This document shows positions 1-12,000 of a DNA stretch of 33,716 nucleotides, piece after piece. The DNA is taken from NCBI GenBank assembly GCA_043812495.1, contig JBDRMG010000053.1:1-33716 (forward strand). The letters are read 5' to 3'. The notes under the pieces are model-generated. The model was not told the origin of the DNA. It searched no databases and saw only the letters and a list, made by a program, of their open reading frames with translations. Origin of the DNA: Candidatus Omnitrophota bacterium. Its GTDB lineage: Bacteria; Omnitrophota; Gorgyraeia; Zapsychrales; JBDRMG01. Each line of letters starts with the position of its first letter. The first letter of the stretch is position 1. Both the position numbers and the translations under genes were made by a program.

Positions 1-3000
1 TCGCTTGCTCACCATGAATCTCTGTGGAGATTCATGTTCCGTCCCGGATATCCAGATTCCCCGGATAACCTAGTCCCCGATTCCCGGATAACCAGATCAC
101 CGATTCTACATATACTATTACTCACCCTTCTCGCCGCGGCCATTGTTTTAGCATTGACAAATCCAAAAGCTCTAGAGCAAGGATTATTCTTCGGCGCTGG
201 CTTTTTGGGCGCCATAATCGAACCACGGCAGTTCTCTTTAGAACCATCGACCTCAATTTCTATAGATCCGCGCGCCTACCCTGATTCATCTACCGTCGGA
301 CAAGAATGGGAGATCATCAGGAAAATTGTTCCCCAATGGAAGAAAATACAAAAAGAAGTCGATCTGTTGTGGCGCGATCCGCGCACAGATATCAAGCTTG
401 CCTATTCGTATGTTGCAAAATACGTGTCCAATCAAAAACAAATCACGCTGTTAATTGACTACAACAACCGAGGCTATAAAGCAGCCAGAGATGTTCTTAT
501 GGTTATGATGACGCCCTTGGTCATATGTTGCGTTCTATCCATCAGGAGTCGTTATCCAGATTATGATTTGAACAGAGAGGATTTGATTCATGTCGGGCTG
601 TACGGTTCCTATCAAACATCAGACGCAGGGCTTGTTTATGCGTTAGGAAAATTAAAGGATTTTGATCCAAAATCAAGCACTCTGCAAACATTCCTTGCCA
701 AAATGATAAGATGGGCCATTATCCAGGAAGTCTATAAGAAGATTTTGCCAGTATTGGGCCGAGAGATTTCTATTCACGGGTCTTTATCTTCAAAGACAGG
801 AAGGGAAGATGATTCAGATATAAAGACTTTAGAAGATAAGCTTTGTTGTTTACCTCAAACGCAAACGCCTACGGAGTCGGATGTTAGTCAACCAGCAGAG
901 ACGACGACCGCTTTGCTTCATGCTTCCCGAAGACCAACTCGAGAAAAAACAATCGATAGTTTGCGGCAAAATATTCTTAAAAAGAATCCTGCTTTACAAG
1001 AAGCCATGAGCTCTATGGATAGAGAAGAAATAGAAAGGTTAATCCATGCCTTACGGATCAAGGAGGCTATCAAACAGAACCTTAGGGATTGTTTATTTAA
1101 CGACGAATTCAGGACAACGCGATTTGGGAAGGAAAAAAGAGCAGGAGTCAGCGCCTCTATCCATAGAGCTGCGGAGCGCCTCAATGATAAATTAAACCAA
1201 CTTTTTGCCAATATCTCTCGCGTACGGATTACGGGCGCGGTCGATATCCTCAGAGAAAAAATCCTTGGTCAATATCCTTCTTTGGAAAAAGCCATGGGGA
1301 CTATGGGCCAAAGTGAAATAAGAAGGTTAATACAGACCCTATCGATCGGGGAAGAATATAAAAAACTTCTCGCCGCTTGTCTGTTCCATCAGACACTTAG
1401 CGTCGCTGATCATGAAAGACTCACAAAACCAGCAATATGGCAGATGGTACAGGGAGCTGCGCGGTCTCTTAATGAAATATTAGCGCATCTTGAGTCAGCA
1501 AAAGATCAAAAATTATCGACCGCGAAAGTCGCCAGCTATACAACATTTCCGATGACTACGGGAATGATCATCCTCGCTGCTGTTGTGATCGGATTGGCCC
1601 TGGGCGTTCTTCTTGTGCCGGGAGTGCGGAAGTGGCTCGCCCGCCTCATTAACGCGCCGGATGATCAAGAGATAACAGAAACCAGAGCACAGAAACCAAA
1701 GAGGCTGCTGGCGCAAAGCTCATACTCATCCGTGGCTGGGGACTTGAGCTTTAATACTGCGCCAGCGGCCTATGAATTTAAAGACGAATTCCAAGGATCC
1801 CGGACCTCTCTTTGGCGCGAAGTCTTCAGCATCGGTTTGACTACTTTGTTGATATTGACACCGTTTATCGGAAATTGGAGTCAAGCCTATGCAAAACAAC
1901 CATGGTCTTCGGGGGTGGATCTTAATATCGCGCCTTTCAAAGACGGTATTTATATCGGTTTAACCATTCCCTTAGATAAAAATACGCAACAAATCGAGCG
2001 TCCCGCGCCTAAAGTCCACTTGGGATGGCAGGATGTGGCCTTAACTGTCGCAACCGCTGGCTTATTCTTGATGCTGCGCAATGAGGTGAAAGCAAAAGAT
2101 CAATTCAAACATATTTTCACCAAGCATACTTATTACGAAGATGGCACCATAAAGATGACTACAACCTTAGAGCATTCTCCAGGGCCAAATGATTTGCCAG
2201 CCTATCTTTATGCAGATGTTCTGAATGCCATAGCCTTGAGCACTTTCGGCACTGTTCGTTCACATGGGTTTAATATGCCCCACCTGATCCGCAATACGGA
2301 AACCGCCGCATTTTTAGGCACATCCAAATTTGGATTAAAATATGCCACGATCGAATATCGTGACATTGACGGTTTTTCCTGGTTAATGACCGTTGGCTAT
2401 GATGCGGCCAATTCCGGGATTAAAAATCTGCTGCGTTATGGGGAAGATCCGTTTTATGTGCTCGAAACGGACTTGTTGGTTCCTTTCGTATTTCGATATT
2501 ACCCCCAGGGTAATCGTCAGAACAGTTCGTGGGATTGGAAAGTATTACCGGGGACAGTTGCAGAACTCACTGAGAACATCATTCAGGGATATCGTTTTGA
2601 CTTCAAGAGCTCTCTCAAGGTCGCTGCCCCAGTTTTTGTCAACGACGATCCTCAAGGCATGCTGAGCCATCTAAATCATAATGTGATTACATTAAGTAGT
2701 GAAGATAATGTGATACTTTGGCATGAAAAGATTCATGCCTTCAATTTTCATGATGAGATAGGAGTCACTCTCGTTGGTGATGAGGAAATTTCATCGTTAC
2801 TTAACAAAGCACCTTATTTGGGAGACTTCGGAACTTACCGGTTTTTAATAGATCACATCAGCTGGCAGCACGCTTTCAACTATTATGTTTGGTGCTATTT
2901 TAATGACTGGGCTAATAAAATTCACGGCTGGAATGAACATGACCAACTGCTTGAAGAAAGAGAACCGATGTCTTGGACGAATGATATTCGATTTAATATG

Positions 3001-6000
3001 GAATTAGAACGCTTTTCAAGAGAATTTCCATTTCACCAACAGCAGAGTATTCCGCAGCAGGATCCGTACGTTAGTCCCGAGGCCAGGATTATCAGTTCAT
3101 GGGTGGCGCTCAATCTGATGCCCAATGTCCTGCAGTCTTTTGTGGTCTCAAGCGATCCGCAAAGACGCTTTCCTGCCGATACATCGGCCGTTAAAAGCGA
3201 CACAACAATCTCTGTATCATCTGAGGAGCTACATAGCCTCATTTTGCCTGTTGGCATAATTGGCATTCTGATTCTTGCCGGCCTTGTCATAGTGGCAGTG
3301 CACCGCAACTGGTTCGGACTGAAGGATGTGTTTGATAGGGTTAAAGAAAAGATTGCTGGTGTAGTCCCCCATCGTTTTGCCGTAGGCAAAACGGACATGG
3401 GGGATCCCGCTGATCGTTTTGCCGAAGGCAAAATGAGCGGGATCCAAACAGACAAGAGGCCGTTGGTACAGGGAAGTAGCCTTCAGTCATTCCCTCGACA
3501 AGCTCGGGACGTTGCAGCTATCAGCCATCAGCAATCACATCAGCAATCAGCTGAAAGCCGAAAGCTGATAGCTGATAGCTCAAATGCGCTAACGGCCCGT
3601 TCTTTATTGGTTCGACTCGCTTCGTCCTTCGGCAAGCTCAGGATTCAGCTCGCTCACCACTGGTTGAAGAGTCGAGCCACCCTGCCCGTCCCGCCGCTTC
3701 GCAGCGAAAACCGCGGGCCGGAGAGCGAGTTCCGCCGAAGGCGGGGGGATCCAGTAATGACAACACAATTTAAGGAGATTTACTTAATAGTTTCGAGGTG
3801 GGTTAAGCGATGGCCGTGGTCTTTGAGAGATACTTTTATTTCTGAGACATCAGTTTTCAGGACGGCGACATCAGACTTAAGGATCGCGACATCAGATTTC
3901 AAAACAGCAATATCTGCCTTCATTATTCGAATATCGGCCTGGATTATAAATATTTGTTCCTTCTGCTTGCCCAATTCTTCAAATACGATATCAAGCTTTT
4001 TCTTGACAACCGATAAATCATCGATAATCGTCTTGATATCCGAATGGATGTTCTCAAGCACGACCGCGAATTCCCTGTCCTTGGAGAATTCTTTGAAAGC
4101 CTTTGTTGTCTTGCTGCCTTTGCTTTTCATAGCGAGAGTTATTGTAGGCCGGCGAAAAGTTATTGTCAAGGCAATTTCTTCCAGTACTCATGGAGCAAAA
4201 GAGAATATTGCGCCAACGGCCTCTTTCTTTAAACCTTGCGGCATCAACTGGCATGCGGTTTTAGTAGCCGTCCTTGTGACAGTGTTGACATTCTTGCCCC
4301 TGCCAAGCCAAAGGATCAGAGCCTTTGCCGAGGCTTTTGCCCAATCTTCATTGAGTTACAGCTGGAAAATAATGGATATGTACCCGGACCTTTACCGTTC
4401 TCTCAGCGCTCAGGAAAGGGCCATTTTCGACTATTTGATCGCTCGATTTGATATCCAGCCGTATCAAAAAATTCGCGTCGAATTCTTTGCCAAATACGCG
4501 CAATATATAAATGCCCGCCTAAAATACGATTCCAATTTCAGGAGTGAAGATTTTCTCGAAGAGTATTTTTGGTGGAAAGTGCAAACCGATCCGGCGTATA
4601 CGGGTGTCCGGGGCGACATAAGCGAATTTTTCAAAGGGTCCAGCGGTCAGCAGAGCGCGTGGTCCCAACGTCATATTTATGACAATCCCGACCACGTGAC
4701 CGCAAGCAACTGGATTGTCAACGATCAAATTCATCCCAATACGCACCGCGTCAAAGATAACGCGGATGCGCAAAATCACACCGCTTCTCTGAAAACTCAA
4801 TGGCATGCCGTTATGTTCTTCAGCCGTACTGTGCTCGAAGGCGGGTCCCTCCAAGAACGGGACTTGGCGGCGTTGCAGCAAATCGTTAATGCCATGCTCG
4901 CGCTCCAAAATAGCGACGGCAGTTGGTTCGGCACTTACCGTTGGGATTTTAATATTTCTCCGACGGATGAAAAACCCACTGATGACATTTCCGGCATGGC
5001 CACAAGCCTCATTGTCTATTACATCATCACAGGCGATGACAGCGTTTTGGACGCGGCCATTGCGGCCAATGATTGGATCTTAGGGCAGCAAGACTTAAAT
5101 GACGGCAATGAAACGTTTAACGCCTTTGGCTGGGGCGAAATACAAACAGACCAGGGAAGCGAAAAGATCAAAATCTTCCCGACGGTCTCGACCGCCATGG
5201 CCATAAATTCCCTCTTTGCGGTCTCAAGGTTTTCCGGTGAAAACCACGACGGCGCGGATTCCCTCAAATACATGACGCCGATTCCCTATGCCGCTGTTAA
5301 GTTAGTCTCATTTACAGGTTTTTGGGACGCAAGACCTCTGCCGGACGGCCAGCATTTTATTCTCGGCATGGCCGATACGACCGGTACGCTCATGACCGGC
5401 ACCGATGGTTTAATCGGATCGCAGACCGATCCCATTCTTGTTCTGGATTATTTCTTTGGATCCGGATGGCTCCCGTATAATCCTCAATCGCGCAACGGTC
5501 TTCCCTGGCTTAAGGATTCTCTGGAGAATACTATTGATGTCAATGATGTGACTATCGTAGGCTATCCGCAGGACCCAAGCTCCCCGAGCGTCTGGGCCCA
5601 AGGAACAGCGCAGGTCGGTATTGCTAACGGTGTTGTGGGCAATACCGCGAATGCCGAATTTAACTACGCCCAGGTGCGTCTCCTCAAAGACCCCGTGACA
5701 GGCGGCATTTATTACAGCCGGGGCAGTCCTGAACAAGGCTGGCCGTGGAATTATCCTTATGCCGATGTTACGGGCACGATTCTTTGGATGCTTAACGGCA
5801 GCGGGGTCACGGTCCTCAATATTCTTAATGTGGATGTCATGACCCCGGCGGACGAAGGCGAAGAACCCCAAGCTATTCCGCAAGGCGTTCTGCTTGTCCG
5901 CGACCCGGCCCAGCATATCAATTATCCCAACCCGTTCAATGACGAAACCGTTATCCGTTATGAACTTTACCGCAGGAGTGATATGACGGTTCGCGTTTAC

Positions 6001-9000
6001 AATATGCTGGGGCAGCTTGTCGAAGAATTCGAGGAAGGCTTGCGCGAACGCGGCGTGCACGAAATCCGCTGGGACGCCGATCCCGCGGCGAACGGCGTGT
6101 ATCTTATTCAAATCGAAGCCAGAGACGACAAACTCAAAGTGATCGATACCGAAACCGGCAAAGCCGTGAAGCTCCACGCCGCCCTGTGGCCGTTGGGGAT
6201 GATGCCGTTGAGCGGGTTGGGCTGGACGATGCTGGGGCTTGGGGTGTTGGCGGTGGTTGCGGCGGGAATCGGGATTGCCTATTGCTTGTTCAATATTTCA
6301 AGAAAGGCGCGAGGGGTGACTATCTCAATACCTTCCAGCGGAGACAACGCGAGAATATCCTTATCGCCGGTCACAAGATATGACTTAGAGGCCAGCGCGC
6401 AGGAAAGAACCATATTGTCTTTGATATCTCGACATATCTTCACTTGGATACGAGGATTATTAAAACGAGCTTTTTCTTTAATCAAGGCAATGAGAAGCTC
6501 GCCGTCCGCGCTAGGAATGGCAAAAGATAGTTCCGGTTTTCTTACGGCAAAGACGAGTTCATTCAGGAGTTCATCAGATGTAACGAGCAAAAATCTTCCT
6601 TCAACGAAAGCGTTGATAATCGCCCGCGCTGATCCTTTCAATAGTCCGCTGATGAACACATTCGTGTCAATGACGGCTTCGAGCATAATATTCGTCTCTA
6701 GCCTGATGGACGATTTTGGTGATTTGCTTCTGAGAAAGGGGATTCTTCTTAAGGCGGGCGTCAATACGAGAGAGCAATTGCTTAAATCGCGCCTTCCAGG
6801 TGTCGCGCTCAAGCTCTTGAATCAGCTTGACTCTGTCTTTGGTGGGAAGTTCCAAAATAGCTTCCTTAAGCTGCTTGGAATTCAATTTGATTTTGATCAT
6901 GACTCAAGTATAGCGTTTTCAAATAAAAATGTCAACACCCCAACCCGGCAGGTATTGCAACCTGTCTTTGTTTACGCCGGCCTCGGGCCTGTTGGGATGA
7001 TGCCGGCTACTGCAATCGACTGGATCATATTGGGGATGAAGGTGTCGCTCGTAGTGGCTGCGATGCTTTTCGTTTATCAGGCCATCCTCTATGTGAGGCA
7101 TATCAAAAACGGCGGGACTTTCTTCCCAACATTTGTTTCTCCAAAGATGAAATACATTTCTCTCAAAAACCTTATAGGATTTTTTGTATCCCTTCCAAAG
7201 AATATTGTACCGCCTAGCTGGATTTTACCTCGCCATCCTATAGATGCCCCTGTATTGGGTGATCCGGGCATAGAAAAGCTGAAGCTAACAGAGATATATC
7301 AAAGAGACATTCTTGGGATGCGTGTGTTTTCTAGAGACATTGGGCCGAACCCAACTGCCTTTATTCGTAATGATTGGGCTGTTATAAGAGGCTATGGATG
7401 TGTTAGCAGGGATGGTTGGTGGGTAACAGAGTTACGTGATGGGGACACAATAAATCTTATTCGCTGGGGTTATTATCTTGCAAAGTTAAAGAAAGAATAT
7501 GGCGTAAAGAACGCGGCGATCATTAGTCACAATGCTCATAAAGGCGGCTTAGCAATTCCTGCCGGAATGAAAGTTGTGATAGTCTCTGGATATGTGTCAA
7601 TCTTTAATTCTTTTTGGATAGGATATGTCTATGGTCTATTTCAATTGATCGATAATAGTCGATCTGCAGAAAATCGCATCATTCATCCATCTCCATTTAC
7701 AGGTTGGGATAAGCTGTTATGGGCCATTCGCATTAGGATTATGTCCATGCAGAAATCCTTAAAGCGATCCACCAGACAAATGGAATCTGCTGAATCTAGA
7801 GTAAACATCTTTATCCCAATACCATTGATTGCAGCGGATGGAGCAATGCTGGGGATTGCGGCGTTGGTGTCGGTTGCGGCGGGAATCGGGATTGCCTATT
7901 GCTTGTTCAATATTTCAAGAAAGGCGTGCGGCGTGAATATTTCCACGCCTTTAAACGGGGACAGTGAAAGAAGTCCTTGCCTTCTCGATCTCTTGAGAAA
8001 TCTTTTTATTGGAAATCTTAAGTCTTTTACGGCGTTGATCGATGCTCGTCAGGATCGCGTCGAGGCGCTTAGCCCACGTTTCCTTTTGAAGCTTACGAAA
8101 CAGCTCAATTTTAAATCTTATGGGCATGCGATCAATGATCTTCTCAATTTCCTTCTCGTTAATATCCAAAGACATCTTAATCATAATTCAAATCCTCCTT
8201 GTTTTGATTTCAGTATAGCGTTTGCGGGTAAAGATGTCAATGTCCGGCATTATCAAATCGCCAAGTTGCCGGTCTATAGCTTCGCCGCCGTCGATCCGAT
8301 GGGGATGATGGGGATTGATTTGTCGGTTGAGGTTGTCGTCTTAGGCCTCGTTGGCGTCTTGTTGGTGGTTTTGGCAAGGATGATGGTAAAGGCGATAATG
8401 ACAAATGGCAAATATCAAATGTCCAATAAATTCCCAATGCCCAATGTTAAATGGGTTTTGATTCATTGGAAATTTGTCATTGGTCATTTATTTGATATTG
8501 GGAATTTTTCATTTGGCATTAAGAACGAAACCTTGTCTCTTCCAGCAACATCCTATTGCCTCTTCGACCCCACGGGCTTGAGCCTGATTCCGATGGTTCT
8601 TCCGCTCTTAGGCGCGATCATGAATCGGGCAGATGTTGAAAGCAAAAAAGAAGAAATCATTGCTCGATTTGTCGAATGGTGTAAAGAGAGCCATATTGTG
8701 CCAGATGCAAGTAATGTTGAGAATTACTTAAGTGCTTTTACGGGCGGGTTGGACGATATTGTCTTGGAGCTTGCGTTAGAAATCTGCGGACAAGATGAAG
8801 AATCAGCATTAGCCCTTGCTGAGCAGTTAAAAAGCGACCTTATTAAGGGAGCAACCGCAGCCATAGAGAGCGAAGAGTCCGCCGAAGACAAAGAAAAACA
8901 AGAGGCGCTGGAAAAGGAACAACAAGAAAAGTTTACTCTGACAAAAGAGTTTAAAGTCGCATTTAGCGATCTTGGCTCCAGCAATACGGATAAAGCGCAT

Positions 9001-12000
9001 CACGGAGAAGCAGTCATAAATCGATATATTCAAACACAAGGCAAGAGCGTCATTTTAAAATTAGTCGAAATACTCCAGGAATTAAAAAGTAAAAAAGATG
9101 GTCATGTTAAAAGAACATTTCATTCCGGAAGAGGACAAGACCTCAATAAGACAGCCGTGAGAAATCAGGTCAGAAGAATCAAACAACTGGTTTTGGACAC
9201 ATGCATCGCGTGGCTTGGCGAGGGCAATGAGGCCCAGGTGGCCATGGCCGAGCGCTTCATCCGTCAACTGGGAGGAAAAGAAAATTTAAAACATGCGCTT
9301 GGGGAGCTTGGAAGAAGAGAAAGAAAAGGGCGATTAAGCGAGAAAGAAGCGGCCCAAAAAGAAAATATCAATCGCATTCTCGCGGCTCTCGCCGTTATGC
9401 TCTTGGTCCTTATTCCGGCGGCGCTTATTTTCGGTCAATCCGCTTTCTACGCTCAAAACATGCTGCCTTTGGCCGCGATGGTCCTGGCCGGAGTTCTACA
9501 AAATTGCCAGGAAAAAGAAGACCCCGGTTTGTTAGATATCGTTACCACCAGGCAGTTGCTGCTTCGACAATTAGAGAAAGCGCTCGAAAATCCCGAGGGT
9601 ACAATAGCCACATTCATCCAGATTACAAGTGAACTCATGAGACTGGGCCTGAAAGAAAAATTAATTGTCTTAAGCGCGGCTGTTCAAAAGGAAGTTGGAA
9701 GACTTAAGGACGTTGTTGAACAAATCAAAGCCGGCAAAGACGCGGCTGACTTGGCTTCCACGCTCCAAAGCATAAGCCAAAATCTGGATACGGCCGGCCT
9801 CGATGACATCATTCAAGCGGTTGATAAGATACCGCGGATTGAAAGAAACTTATGGCATGACGTGAAAAATGCTCTAGGGTTCATCACGGGCGGTCTCGGC
9901 CTTCTCCTGGCCCTGGAGGGCCAGAAGCAAATCGACAAAGCGCAGGAATTTCTGGATTTGATTGTGAAGGGAATCCATGACGCCGCGGACATCATCGGGG
10001 GCGATGCCCTTTATGAAGGAGAAACAGAGGATGACACGACCATCGGACTGTCCGCCGTGTTCGGCCTGCCTTTAAGCTGTGAGATAGCGCTTTTAGCCGG
10101 ATTGGCGGTTGGCCTTGCGCTGGCCGTGCGGTGGTTAAGAAATATTGTTTTCAGCCGCACAAACCTCCCTTATCGAGGTCATAACTTTGTTGTTTTGGGC
10201 TATGCGTTCGGGGTGCTGCTGGTCGCGGCCGGGCTTTTTATGGCCTTGGTCGCGTCAGTTGAGTTGATACGAGCCGGCCAGATCGTTTTGGGTATCGTGG
10301 GAATTTTGTCAGGCTCTATCAATATCGCCATGGCCTCGGCGCTCGCAAGACTTTTTGGCATGTATCATTATGAAAACAAAAAAGAAGCCGCTGTTTCCCG
10401 CCAAAAGAAAATATTCAACCGAATCCTGCCTTTGACTGCCGGCATCACCATCTTGATCGGTCTTATGAATATCAGCTCTCTGACGACCGTTGGAATTATT
10501 TTCGGAATTCTGACCGTGATCGCGGGCAGTGCGGTCATGATTCTTCAGCCGCACCGGTTTGACCGGGCAGAGAAGGCCATGGCGCAGAAAACAGCTAATC
10601 AAACCCTCAGACATCTCGAGAATGGAGATCTCCATAAATGGGACCTTTGGGTCAAAATTCTCGAAAAGCTTCTTCGCTATGGCGGTCCTTTGGCCTGCGG
10701 ATGGAAAGTTTTCAGGAAAGACGGCACCATGAAAAAAGGCGTTCAGAAAGAAGCTCTGAAATTCCTCAAAAAAGCAGATATTATCCGCATCACCGAGGCA
10801 CCGGAAGAGTTCAGCCACATACCGCAAAATATTTTCCAGAAATTGCAACAAAAAGGCTGGCTCATTGTTTGTACGGATTCTCCTTATCTTTTGAACAAGA
10901 ACGGAAAACAATTCCTCTTTGCTTTAACGCTTCATGAAAAAACAGGCTACCTGAATGAAGGGAAATATATCACCCTCGGCTTACTTGATCAAATGCGGGC
11001 GTTAGGCGGGCTTGAGGAACTTAATGATCTCATCGCTTTCGAGAATAAAAACCAGGAACAAAAGAAGGAAGATGCTGGCGAGTCCGAAGTATTAGCCCGG
11101 AAAATACTCGATGTTCTCAGAATCCGGCAAAAACAGAAAATGACGGTTTTGATCCTTTGCGATTACAATTTGGAGCGCTCCGTTATGGCCAGAGCTCTTA
11201 TCGATGCGAGCGCGGACGAAGGTCTGCTGGATAGAATCGACATCATTACGGCCGGGATTTCTTTATACGAAAACTATCTCGACAGAGGCGCCGAGAGGGA
11301 GCTTCTCAGAAGATTGATCCAGGACCAACCAATCCTCTTTGGCCATATCCCTGTGGCCGCGCAAAGCCGTCAAATCAGACAAGCCGGTCTAATCTTGGTC
11401 ATGACGGAAGAACAAAGAGCCTTTCTGATATCAAAATATCCCGAGATTGAAAAGAAAATATTCCTGCTTCTTGGGGATAAGGATTTACATGCCACTCAAG
11501 ATGACCGCAAGATTATTAATGGCAAGACCTACCAGCCTTTAAGGCGAACTATCGAAAATCATTTGGACAGTATTCTTGACCGCATCGAATCAGCCGCGGC
11601 GGATTACGCGGGGGTTATCCGCAAAGAAGACGATTCGCTTAATAAAACCACTGAAGCAGAAAATGGTCCAATGGCCGGGTCCGGGCAGGGGCAAAAAATG
11701 CCATTGCCAACAAGCTCTCAAGAATTCCAATCACCCGCCGGAAGACTTTTGGATGCGTTCAAACTCCATGAAGCTAAAATTATTGAACAATCCGAGAATA
11801 ATATCGTGGAGGGCTTAACCATTTACACAATTGAAACCCCTGAGAGAATCGACAGGACCGAGGCGCCGCAAGGATTGGAGATTTTGGATAATGAATTGGC
11901 TGCGGTCAGACGCTTCGATCTTCTGTATAACGATAACAGTGAGCTTATTGCGATCTTCCCTGTGCTTGAAAGGAAAGCAGAAGGTGCCCGATACATTGAT

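Larger units (their letters stand above)
6255..7926 (+). repeat. 55-bp exact direct repeat (6255-6309 and 7872-7926) marking a duplicated TM + TA cassette
   Basis: GGTTGCGGCGGGAATCGGGATTGCCTATTGCTTGTTCAATATTTCAAGAAAGGCG occurs twice, offset by 1617 nt (539 codons). Confidence 0.92.

Noticed and set aside
4131..4169. Track start of the coiled-coil ORF at 4169
   Set aside because: That TTG is part of the -35 box; ATG 4130 fits the promoter.
5410..6177. 255-aa minus-strand ORF
   Set aside because: Codon-aligned shadow of the plus-strand toroid/CTD module, with no family motif or promoter.
6687..6812. N-terminal extension of the PIN ORF in the track (177 aa)
   Set aside because: PIN homology starts at MLEAVIDTNV (ATG 6686), and the extension overlaps the antitoxin.
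10309..10911. 200-aa minus-strand ORF
   Set aside because: Shadow of the giant ORF with no recognisable motifs.
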